Shown here: positions 37,101 to 47,770 of the stretch, in pieces
How positions within the stretch are numbered: the first letter of the stretch is position 1
Layout of the letters: each line of letters begins with the position of its first letter
The notes under the pieces: generated by a model
Told to the model about the DNA's origin: nothing
The model's database searches: none
Seen by the model: only the letters and a program-made list of their open reading frames with translations
Made by a program: the position numbers and the translations under genes
Assembly: GCF_000143415.4 (NCBI RefSeq)
Contig: NW_003314364.1
Location: 490,676-554,675, forward strand
Length of the DNA stretch: 64,000 nt
Origin: Selaginella moellendorffii
Taxonomy: Eukaryota; Plantae; Lycopodiophyta
Direction: 5' to 3'

Positions 37101-40100
37101 TGCCGAGCCTTCACACTAAGCAATCTAACCGTGCATCACGACTCCGAGGCATCCCTCGCTTGGCGGTGTGCCCAAACCAGTCTCCCCACTGAGAGTCCAT
37201 GACCACCGAAATATGAGTATCCTCATATTCCAAACCATCACCACGCCCTAGTGATTTGGGACTCGAACCCAAGCACTAGAGGGTCGGGACTCGAACCCAA
37301 CCTCCATATATGCATCTACGGATGGCATCACACAAGATGCCTGGTGTGACTCCTCACGCCGGTGCACCAACCTATATTTAAAGCGCGCTACAGATCACAG
37401 TTTAGGAACCTAGTTCCTTCGCACTGCCAAGTCCTCTCACTTGACAAGCCTATGATCATGCATGGACTCCTCCATGCTCGGCCCTATGGCCCACCCTTTT
37501 GAAGTTATCACCTTCAACTAGGGTATTTGTTCCCCTGACTTGCCAATCTCGCTTTGGCAAGTCCTCCGACCACTGTAACATGGTTCCTGCACAAGCGTGA
37601 AAGCCCTTGATCATCGACTTTTGTTCAAAGCCCTCTCTTTGAACACTCGGGAACTACTTCCCTAACCTTGATAGCCTTGCCTCATGGCAAGCTTCAAGAC
37701 CACGTTTCTGCTGCGCCACTCTGATTTCGCGCGTTCCTTGAACCATTTACGCTTGGCCTTTCTAGGTACTAAGCTACCTAGAATCCTCTTTGGGAACTTG
37801 AAGGAACTCTGTCCCTTAGCTTGCTAAGGCCTCCCTTTTTGCAAGCTTTCCAATTGCCACATAGTCTAACATGGACAATTCCATATTTTAGACTCTCCAT
37901 GGCATCACGGTTGCTAGCGGCAACACCCTTGAGCCCCCACTTGATTCTCCACTCCCAGCTGGCATAACCACCCTTGGTTATGCCCTTCGATTCCTGTGGT
38001 TCGGTTCTATCCCCTTACTTCTTGCTTTTGGCTTCACACCTTTCCTTCGGTCATTTTCCTCCAGACCAGGAGGATAGCTTTGCACTTTCTATCATGCCTT
38101 AGCAAGTATTCTTAGGGATGAACCTACCCAATAGCTCATGGAGTGGTTCCTCAATCCGGGTATGCTCACCTTATAATCCCACACACTGGGATTACCTTGT
38201 TGCTTATGGGCCTTTACATGCCCATCACTAGCCTTGCCAAAATTCCATTTTTAGCTTTGTCCAACTCGGGTAGACAGTCCTCTCCTGTCTCCGCAACCTT
38301 GGACATTTGGATAGCACCTTCTATCCATCATTGGCTAGGGACTTAGTCCCTTGGGTCTTATCCATTGCCCTTGCGACATCAAACACCACCTTCTGGTGTT
38401 CTAGAGTGTTCGGGTGTCCCAATGATGGCTTTCTTGACAATGAGTATTTCCTTTTATGACATTGACTTACTATATCGCTACATAAGCAACTTATCCCCCG
38501 TAAGGGTATATCCAACTTCCTTATGCTATTAAAAAGTCTTGGGTAGCTACCTTCTACCCAACCCAAGGAGTTGGGTTGTTCAGCATTTATTAGAGGTAGC
38601 CCCGGCTACCATTTCGAGGACTCGTGTCCTCATCCATACTTGACCTCTCACGGTCATCCATTCCAGTCTCACCTTCATGAGCACCAGCCTCAACTATGTG
38701 AGGATAAACTTGTGACTCCTTTATTGTTTTTGGAGTCTTTATCTTCCCCGTGATCCCAACTATAGTTGTTTACCCCAACTACATTAGCCCGTTTGCTGAG
38801 TCAAACGCTCATCTGGATCACCTCCTCAACTCAATGAGGAAAACCTTGCACTGTTCCCAAGATCCCAAAGTCGTTCCATTATTGGCCCCTTTTCTATCCA
38901 CCACCTTGTCTACAAGTTCACACATGAACTGTAATGGAGAGCCATGTCTTCCCGACCTGCTACTCTCCAAGGGTAGGCCCACTTCTCGGACCTTCCGTTG
39001 CCAACACCAGTGGTGATACACTTGAGCACCAATAAAAGTCGGACTAAGGAACAGCTCCGATACCAAATTGTAAGCGACTAAATTTTCCATTCTACTTTAG
39101 TCACTTAACCACACCTCTGACCACTTGGAGGAGTCTCATTCACAACCTCCATAAGTCCAATCCAGGACTTGGGACTTGCTAGCCCCGAGAATGGCATCCA
39201 TGCCACTCAACATTTGCACTTGGTCCAAGTGCTCCACGTGTCCGATCCCATGACCAACACTCAAAGGTACCACCGACATAGCAGCCCGTTACGCTAAGGC
39301 CATGCCCAATCACCTTTGCCACACTGGTAGTCCAATACCACTTGCATCACCAATAGCCTTCCCTAATATCCCTCTGTCAGTCCCCACTAAGTCCCTTTTT
39401 GCCCCTGGCTATGTTTGGCAACACTGCCACTGGATCAAGGCCCACCAGCCCGACCACTAAGTCCCACGGTCCTCTGGGACTTCCCCACCACACGACTGTG
39501 TCCTTGGTCACTACCCCAGAGGACTACTCCTCTTCCTTTCCACAGTCTGGGCCTTTGGGACAACATTTCGGAACACCGTGGCCTTACGTGAGCCACCTGG
39601 GTACTCTCCCCGCCTTTCGCCTTTAGGTGCTCTAGCCATGGGCTTAGAGCGAGGTTCCATTGAGCCACGACAGGTATCCAAGTAGGTAGTGCCACCCACA
39701 CTTGGACTGGGAGCATCGGCCAGTCGATCTCCCGGGGGAACTAGAGCCGGCTCTTGAACACTTCACCAAGCTACCCCGCTTGTCGGTCCGTGTTCACTCT
39801 AGTCTTGGACTTCCCAGTGGGCAGCTCATCACCCAACACTGGGTCCGGCCTTCCTGGGCCAAACTGGCCTTTCCTGGCCAAACTGGCTCCACTGCAGTCC
39901 TCCCCCTACTATACTTTTGGAGCTCACCAAACCCCCCAGGGTTTGGGAGACGAACGCTTTGGGCTTTCACCCTCTCAGGCTCCGGACTCGGACTCGGACT
40001 CGGACTCGGACTCAGACTCGGATTTGGACTCGGACTCGGGCTCGGGCTCAGTCTCGGCCTCGGCCTCGGTCTCGGTCTCGGTCCCGATCTCGGTCTCGGT

Positions 40101-42216
40101 CTCGGTCTTGGTCTCGGTCTCGGTCCCGGTCTCGGTCTCGACTTCGGACTCCATCTCGGACTCCATCTCGGACTCCATCTCGGGTCCATCTCGGACTCCA
40201 TTTCGGGTCCATCTCGGACTCCATTTCGGGTCCATCTCGGACTCCATCTCGGACTCCATCTCGGGTCCACCTCGGACTCCATCTCGGACTCCATTTCGGG
40301 TCCATCTCGGGTCCATCTCGGACTCCACTTCGGACTCCAACTCGGGTCCATCTCGGGTCCACCTCGGACTCCACTTCGGACTCCATCTCGGACTCCATCT
40401 CGAGTCCATCTCGGACTCCATCTCGGACTCCACTTCGGACTCCAACTCGGGTCCATCTCGGACTCCATTTCGGACTCCAACTTGGGTCCATCTCGGACTC
40501 CTCTTCGGACCCCAACTCGAGTCCATCTCGAACACTTCCACGTGTCATGTGTTGGTCCTTTTGGGTCCCTTTTTGGAGCCTCGCCTTTTGCTCGCTTCGT
40601 GCTCGTTCCTTGAGCACTTCGTTGGGAGTTCCACTCCTGCTCTTGACTTTTCAAGTCGGAGCTTTTGGTCCAAACGTGTTACGCTCGTTTGGCTCTCACT
40701 TCGGCCACTACCATGTGGCGCCCTTCCGGCTCCACTTTGGGGCCTAGGGATTTTATGTCTCACAGTGCCCACACGCCATCGGATGCGATTAACCCCACAT
40801 TGCAGAGGAGAGTATTTCCGCCCTTCACGTTTCCTCGACCAAAACCCTCTCAACGACCATCGGGAGCACCATTCACTAATATTGTAGATGGTAAAATTGA
40901 CTTGTACCATTTTTTCTGCTAACGCATTTTATTTCATAGTCACGGCGAAGGTACTGTATCGTTTTTGATCTGAACGGTGTCCTTTTCTCCCATGAGCGTG
41001 GCTCGTCCTCGAATGTCACTGCACCCTCCAAAGCCTGCGGTCGCAAGTTGGTCAAAAGAGACAGATTCACATTAATCACACGGGAGAAACTGCGGGATCT
41101 AATAATGACCATGCGACTCTTAAAACAGAGGGCCGGGTTCAATTTGCAATTGGGAGTTTGGATATCCATGATGCGCCACAATGCATTAACGTTGCTACAG
41201 ATGATGCACGATCAAACGCGAGTAATATTACCATTTGACTTTCTCCTAACGCAGGAGGATTGCTTGACTATGGTCCATGTGAGGGGTAGCAAGCCCATCT
41301 TCATCAAGCCAGAGGCTGTAGTGATGAACCGGACTGCTAGGTCAAGTGAAATCCTCATCATCGATGACTCGCTGATTAAAACTGCAGCGAACACGCACAC
41401 ATATGCAGTGCACCCCATCTCTTGCAGTATGGAAACTAGGGAGAAGAAACCGTATGTTCTGGGGGACCTTGCAAAACGGCTTGGAGCGATGGTGATAGAG
41501 AACCGGCCAGTCCAGGAGGTGGCTGCAGAAATCAACCAAATGGCAGATGGAACGGTATATCAGAAGCCATTTGATCGGACAGACACCAATCATCATTTAT
41601 GGCATGTATATTGTCTAGCCAAGCACTATCCGCATCTCCATAATCTGCTCAACCGGATGGGTTCTTCGACCACTGAACATGAGCGTGGACGTATTAGAGA
41701 AGCGATGGCATTACTATTGGGTTTAAATCCTGATAGTGTGGAGAGATGAAATTCCAAGATTATTGTATAGGCGTTGGAGGCAAAAAATAACAGTCTGAGA
41801 TGGCATGTATTTATTTAAAAATGTAACTTATTATGACATGGGGTTCCATGCCATTGTATTAATATTAAAAGACAATTCTTTGAGAGGATTTGCATTATAC
41901 TAGAAGTGTTACAGCATGTTATTGGAAGTCTACGAAGTTGTTTTATTAATAAGGGGAAAGTAAAGATTGAATGGGGACTTGGGCTCCACCTAGACTCGGA
42001 GCAACTGAGCCAATATTAAAAGGATGGAAAGAAATTGGACGACGATGACAAGGAGAAGAGAGAGGTGAAGCAGTGGCAGGGGGAGGAGAAGTGATTGAGT
42101 AGACATTTCCTTGTTTAAAATAAAATGGCATGTGCCTCAATGCAGTTGAATTTTGTTATATTTATATACTATATAAAGGTTTGGAAACCTTATTTTACAA
42201 GTGGGATAATGACAAT

Positions 42217-42240
42217 TCCCACTTTAACGAAATAGAGCTT
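42217..42240 (-). repeat. Right terminal inverted repeat of the giant DNA transposon
   Basis: tcccactttaacgaaatagagctt followed by TSD gaaa. Confidence 0.9.
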
Positions 42241-42299
42241 GAAAGTAAAGTGAAAGAAAGGAAGAAAAAGAAAAAGAAAAAGAAGAGAAGAGCAATGCT

Positions 42300-42810
42300 T
42301 CACCGGATGAAGCGTTTGAGATGAGAGTGGTTGTGAGCATGTGGGAGTTCACGTCCATCAGCATCAATTAACACATATGCTTTGCCTTCAATGTGTCGCT
42401 GGACAAAGTAGGGGCCAGTCCAGCGAGGGGAGAACTTCAAATGTGGCATAAACTCCTTGAGTCGAACGAAATCGCCATCCTTGAATGGTTCAGCCAACCG
42501 CTGGTGATCAATGATTGACTTGATCTTCTACTTGCCTTGAAGGAGATGTTCTGATGTGGATCGTCATTGTTCTTCCAAGGCAAGAACCTCCAAGTCACAT
42601 GCATGAAGCTTGTCCTCATCGCTAAGCTACATCACTACTGCATATCGAAGTGAAAGTGAGAGTGATAGCACTTGGATCTCCACTGGAAGCACAACTTCTG
42701 TCCCATAGACAAGGGAGAATGGGGTCACGGAGATGGATGTCTTGAAGGATGTCCGAAAGGCCCACAATGCCGTAACCAAGTGCTCGTGCCAGCACATTGG
42801 GTGATCCTCA
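42300..42810 (-). pseudogene. Ty3/gypsy (non-chromoviral, Tat/Athila-like) integrase C-terminal remnant
   Basis: WHEHLVTALWAFRTSFKTSISVTPFSLVYGTEVVLPVEI and FKDGDFV..KFSPRWTGPY..NHSHLKRF. Confidence 0.85.
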
Positions 42811-42816
42811 GTGGTT

Positions 42817-44420
42817 GGGCCTATAGGCCTTGATATAGTGGCAATGTTGGCAAACAAGGCCATAGATAGAAAGGGACTTGGTGGGGACTGAAAAAGGGAT
42901 ATTGAGGAAAGCCATTCCCCATGTCTGTGGCCATCCTAAGGATGCTAAGGAGTGGATTTGGGATGATCACTCATAGACAGATGGCCCAATCTTTGAGAGA
43001 CAAGACAGTGATATAGGTGGTGTTGGATCATCAGTGTGACAAATGCGAATGGGCATGGCCTTAGTGTAACAGACTGATATATCATGGTACCTTTGAGTGT
43101 CAATTATGGGATCAGACACATGGAGCAATCAAAGGTTGAGTAGCATGAATGCCATTCTCGGGGTTAGCAAGCCTCAAGTTCAGAATAGTATTTATGGAGG
43201 TTGTGAGGAAGACTCCTCCAAATGGTCAGAGGTGTGTGTGAGACAAAATCCCTAGCCCCCAAATTGGAGCCGGAAGGGTGCCACATGGAAGTGGCCGAGG
43301 TGAAGGCCAAACAAGTGTAACATGTTTGGACCAAAAGCTCCAACTTGAAATGTCCAGAGCATGAGTGGAACTCTCAACGAAGTGCTCGAGAAACAAGCAC
43401 GAAGTGAGCGATAAAGGAGTCTCTAGAAAAGGGACACAAGAGGACCCGAGATGGAGTCCGAGATGGACCCGCAATGGAGTCCGAGATGGACTCGAGATGG
43501 AGTCCGATATCAACCCGATATGGACCCGAGATGGAGTCCGAGATGGACCTAAGATGGAGTCTGAGATGGAGCCTGAGATGGACCCGAGATGGAGTCCAAG
43601 ATGGAGTCCGAGATGGAATCCAAGATGGAGTCCGAGAAGGGCCCGAGATGGAGTCTGAAGTCAAGATCGAGATCGAGACTGAGACCGGGACCGAGACCAA
43701 GACCGAGACCGGGACCAAGACCGAGACCGAGACCAAGCCCGAGCCTGAGACTGAGCCCTAGACCGAGCTTGAGCCCGAGCCCAAGTCCAAGTCTGAGTCC
43801 GAGTCTGAGTCCGAGTCTAAGTTTGAGTCTGAGGGGGTGAAAGCCCAAAGCATTCATCTCCCAGACTCTGGGGGGTTTGGTGAGCTCCAAAAGTGTAGTA
43901 GGGGGAGGACTCCAATGGAGCTAGTTTGGCCAGGAAAGGCCAGTTTGTCCTAGGAAGGCTGTACCCAGGTGTTGGGTGATAGGATAACCACTGGGAAGTC
44001 CAAAGTTAGAGTGAATATGGACTGACAAGTGGGGTAACTTGGTGAAGTGTTCAAGAGTTGGCTCTAATTGCTCCAGAAGATCAAATGGTTGATGCTCCTA
44101 GTCCAAGTGTGGGTGGCACTACCTACTTGGATACCTGGCATAGCTCAACAGAACTTCCCAAAGGCCCAGATTGTGAAAAGGAAGAAAGGTAATCCTTTGG
44201 TGTAGTGACCAAAGATACAGTCGTGTGGCGAGGAAGTCCCAGAGGTCTGTAGGACTTAGTGGTCGGGCCTGTGGGCCTCGATCTAGTGGCAATGTTGGCA
44301 AACACGGCCATAGGCAGAAAGGGACTTGTTGGGGACTGGAAAAGGGATATTGGGGAAGTCTATTCCCCATGCCTACGGGCATCCTAAGGATGCTAAAGAG
44401 TGGATTTGGGATGATCACTC
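42817..44420 (+). mobile_element. Two nested or truncated family-A LTR fragments (second starts at 43237)
   Basis: Homology to 32231-34109; a new LTR start, tgtgagacaaaatcc, at 43237. Confidence 0.75.
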
Positions 44421-44429
44421 GAAGAAGCT

Positions 44430-44960
44430 AAGAGATGTCTCAGGCTACCTGACTGACCTCCAACCATGTCAATCGCATTGCATGAGAAAGCATCCGTCAT
44501 ATAGATGGTTGATTCCACCGCCAACTCAGGAAAAACCTCTGTGAGCTCAGGAGGAAAGTACGGTGTGGAGGCCATCTTAGTCTGAGTCTGTTGGGCTTGC
44601 TGAGAAAGAGCTCTACCATGGTTGTTGAGAAAGGTGACGCTATGGGTTCCATCGCTAATTTCTATCTTGCCTTGTGCACTGTCAATGGTGCAATGGGCTG
44701 TGACTTGCCATGATCTGCCAAGGATGATAGAGTCCTCCAAGGAGGACATTCCAAGACGTTGGTAGTCAACCACGAAGAAATCCACCTCAGAAATAACACC
44801 TTGCACAGAGACCTTGACACCATAGCAAATGCCCGCTGGAGGAACAGTGTGGTTTGCGAACGTCTTGAGCATGATGGAGGAGCTCTCAGTGATCTGTAGC
44901 TGTGCTGAAAGGGCAGCTTCAAGAGAGATAATGTTGCTTCCAAAACCGGAATCCAAGTGT
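44430..44960 (-). pseudogene. Retropepsin (aspartic protease) remnant of a Ty3/gypsy element
   Basis: LDSGFGSNII...VDFFVVD...IILGRSW. Confidence 0.78.
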
Positions 44961-47059
44961 GGGTGGCACGACCTACTTGGATACCTTGCATGGCTCATCG
45001 AAACCTCACTCTAGCCACTTGGCTAGGGCACCCAAAGGCAGATAGTGGGAAGAGTACCCACAAAGCTCGCATAGAACTATGGTGTTTTGAAATGTCGTCC
45101 CTGTAAGTGACTAAATTTTTCCATTCTACTTTAGTCACTTAACCACACCTCCGACCACTTGGAGGAGTTTCATTCACAACCTCCATAAGTCCCATTCGGG
45201 ACTTGGGGCTTGCTACCCTGAGAATGGCATCTATGTCACTCAACCTTTGCACTTGGTCCAAATGCTCCTCGTGTCCAGTCCCATGACTGACACCCCAAGG
45301 CAGCACCAACACACCAGCCCGTTATGCTAGGCCATGCCCAATCACCTTGGTCATATCGGTGGTCCAACACCACCTGCATTGCAATCCCGTCTCTCCAAGA
45401 CTGGGCCATCCGTCCATGAGTGGTCATCCTAGATCCACTCCTTAACATCCTTAGGATACCCACAGACATGGGGAATACCCTTCCCCAATATCTCCTTTCT
45501 AGTCCCCGCCAAGTCCCTTTCTGTCTTTGGCCGTGTTCGCCAACACTGCCACTGGATCAAGGCCCACCAGCCCGACCACTAAGTCCCACGGTCCTTTGGG
45601 ACTTCCTCACCGCACGACTGTATCCTTGGTCACTACACTAGAGGACTACTCCTCTTCCTTTCCACAGTTTGGGCCTTTGGGACAACATTTTGGAACACCG
45701 TGGCCTTACGCAAGCCTTGTGGGTACTCTCCCCGCCTTCCGCCTTTGGGTGCTCTAACCATGGGCTTAGAGCGAGGTTCCGTTGAGCCACACCAAGTATC
45801 CAAGTAGGTAGTGCCACCCACACTTGGACTGGGAGCATCGACCAGTCGATCTCCCGAGGGAACTAGAGCCGGCTCTTGAACACTTCACCAAGCTACCCCG
45901 CTTGTCAGTCCGTATTCACTCTAGTCTTGGACTTCCCAGTGGTCAGTTCATCACCCAACACTAGGAGACGAACGCTTTGGGCTTTTACCCTCACAGACTC
46001 GAACTCGGACTCAGACTCGGACTCGGCCTCGGCCTCGGGCTCAGCCTCAGTCTTGGTCCCGGTCTCTGTCTCGGTCTCGGTCTCGGCCTCGGTCTCGGTC
46101 TTGGTCTCGGTCCCGGTCTCAGTCCCGGTCTCTATCTCGACCTCGGACTCCATCTCGGGTCCTTCTCGGACTCCATCTCAGGTCCATCTCAGACTTCATC
46201 TTGGACTCCATCTCAGACTCCATCTCGGACTCCATCTTGGGTCCATCTCGGACTCCACTCGGACTCCACCTCAGACTCTAACTCGGGTCCCTTTTTGGAG
46301 CCTCACTTATTGCTCACTTCATGCTTGTTCTTTGAGCACTCTGTTGGGAGTTCCATTGCCGCTCTCAACCTTTCAAGTCGGAGCCTTTTAGTCCAAATGT
46401 GTTACGCTCGTTTGGCTTTTGCTTCGGCCACTACCACATGGCACCCTTTCGGCTCCACTTTGGGGCTTAGGGATTTGTGTCTCACAGTCCCAAAGTCCCA
46501 GACTATGGAAAGGAAGAGAAGCAGTTCACTTGTGTGGTGACCAAGGATGTAATCATACAGCAAGGACATTGGGACATAGTGGTCGGGACTATAAGCCTTG
46601 ATCTAGTGGCAGTGTTGGCAAACACAGCTGTGGACAGAAAGGGATTTGGTGAGGCTTGAAAAAGAAATATTGGGGAAGGCTATTCCCCATCTCTACGAGC
46701 ATCCTAAGGATGCTAAGGAGTGGATCTGGGATGATCACTCATGGATAAATGGCCCAGTCTTTGAGAGATGGGATTGTGATGCAGGTGGTGTTGGACCACC
46801 AGTGTGACAAAAGATGAATGAGTATGGCTTTAGCATAATGGGCTAATATGTCGGTGGTACATTTGGGTGTCGGTCATGGGATTGGGCACGTGGAGCACTT
46901 GGACCAAGTGCAAAGGTTGAGTGGCATAGATGCCATTCTCCGGGCTAGCAAGTCCCCAAGTCCGAAATAGGACTTATGAAGGTTAAGAGTGAGACTCCTC
47001 CATGTGGTTGAAGTTGTGGCTAAGTGACTAAAGTAAAATGGAAAAATTAGTCTTTTACA
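44950..47059 (+). mobile_element. Partial family-A LTR containing a nested solo LTR
   Basis: LTR sequence runs continuously across the nested insert and ends aaattagtcttttaca at about 47059. Confidence 0.72.
45102..46486 (-). mobile_element. Solo LTR, family A, inserted in opposite orientation into another family-A LTR
   Basis: tgtaagtgac...gtgtctcaca with TSD GTCCC (45097-45101 / 46487-46491). Confidence 0.88.
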
Positions 47060-47079
47060 ATAGGGAACACCCTTCTTTG

Positions 47080-47770
47080 GTCCCCACCCACTCTATCCAC
47101 GGCAATGCTCACTAACACCCCCACTAGGTTAGGGCTTAAATGCCTAACCACTAAGTCCTACTAGCATCTGGGACTTCCTCACCATGTGACCATATCTTTG
47201 GTCACTACACAAGAGGACTGCTTCTCTTCCTTTCTACAATTCGAGACTTTGGGATACATTTTGAAACACTGTGGCCCTATGCAAGCCTCATGGGTACTCC
47301 CCCCACCTTCCACCTTTGGGTGCCCTATAAAGCGAGAATTCGATGAGCCATGCCAGGTATCCAAGTAGGTAGTGCCAGCCATACCTAGATTGGGAGCATC
47401 AAGTATTTGATCTTCTAGGGGAGTTAGAGCTAGCTCTTGAACACTTCACCAAGATACCTTGCTTGTCTATCTATATTCACTCTAGCTTTGGACTCTTCAC
47501 TAGATATATCATCACCTACCATGTGGGTGTAGCCTTCCTGGGTCACACTAGCCTTTCCTAACCAAATTAGTTCCATTGGAGTCTAACCACCATATTCTCC
47601 CTAGTATAGTTTTGGAACCCCTCACAGCCCCCTCCCCCCTGCCCCCCCTCGGGAAAAACAATCACTTTAGGCTTTCACCCCATGACATGTATTAGTATTT
47701 TAATATTTGGACGCAGTCTTGACTTTGGACTCAAGCTTGGACTTGGACTTGGTCCCTATCTCGGACTCAC
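47080..47770 (-). mobile_element. Degenerate family-A-related LTR fragment
   Basis: Similar to 34440-35000 (ctgggacttcctcacc..., gtatccaagtaggtagtgcc, ctcttgaacacttcaccaag). Confidence 0.65.

Larger units (their letters stand above)
32178..40764 (-). mobile_element. Complete non-autonomous (LARD-like) LTR retrotransposon, family A
   Basis: 5' LTR 39069-40764; 3' LTR 32178-35781 (interrupted by a solo LTR); PBS tggtatcggagc (39054-39065, tRNA-iMet-like); PPT gggtggtggagt (35782-35793); near-perfect TSD GTGTC/GTGCC. Both LTRs share a deletion relative to the solo LTR. The 3.3-kb interior has no gag/pol ORF. Confidence 0.9.
27581..41749 (+). pseudogene. Transposon cargo gene: ParB/Srx-like domain, degenerate amino-methyltransferase-like region, acidic linker and FCP1/NIF-like HAD domain; interrupted by the LTR element at 32178-40764
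   Basis: ATG 27581 is spliced (27584-27822) in phase to the ORF at 27823. Motifs: RLVSDEWVEKLKQKM...FYAISGQHSSLA; KCVVEYNCGGLFFRAALLKGVLCVAV; IVFDLNGVL...LGVWISMMRHN...TQEDC...KPIFIK...ILIIDDSLIKTAAN. Lesions: +1 in the A-run at about 28351, TAG at 28937, TAA at 30359. The FCP1-like part could be a separate gene. Confidence 0.68.
15044..42145. repeat. Dispersed 22-bp palindrome family ATGGCRTG-N6-CAYGCCAT (about 25 copies)
   Basis: Copies at about 15044, 15359, 15448, 15968, 16048 (split), 21800, 21946, 23288, 23345, 25191, 25261, 25359, 25934, 26008, 26856, 27609, 27686, 27746, 29024, 30523, 30664, 30855, 32091, 32166 (split), 41833 and 42124. Several are degenerate. Confidence 0.9.
14823..42240. 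mobile_element. Giant TIR DNA transposon (Sola-like DDE), about 13.2 kb core plus two nested LTR retrotransposons
   Basis: Perfect 24-bp TIRs AAGCTCTATTTCGTTAAAGTGGGA (14823-14846; reverse complement at 42217-42240). 4-bp TSD GAAA (14819-14822 / 42241-42244). Encloses a transposase, a cargo gene and all observed copies of the 22-bp palindrome. Confidence 0.88.

Noticed and set aside
15044-42145. Palindromic repeats read as a CRISPR-like array
   Set aside because: The copies are irregularly dispersed over kilobases, have no constant-length spacers and no cas genes, and the context is eukaryotic.
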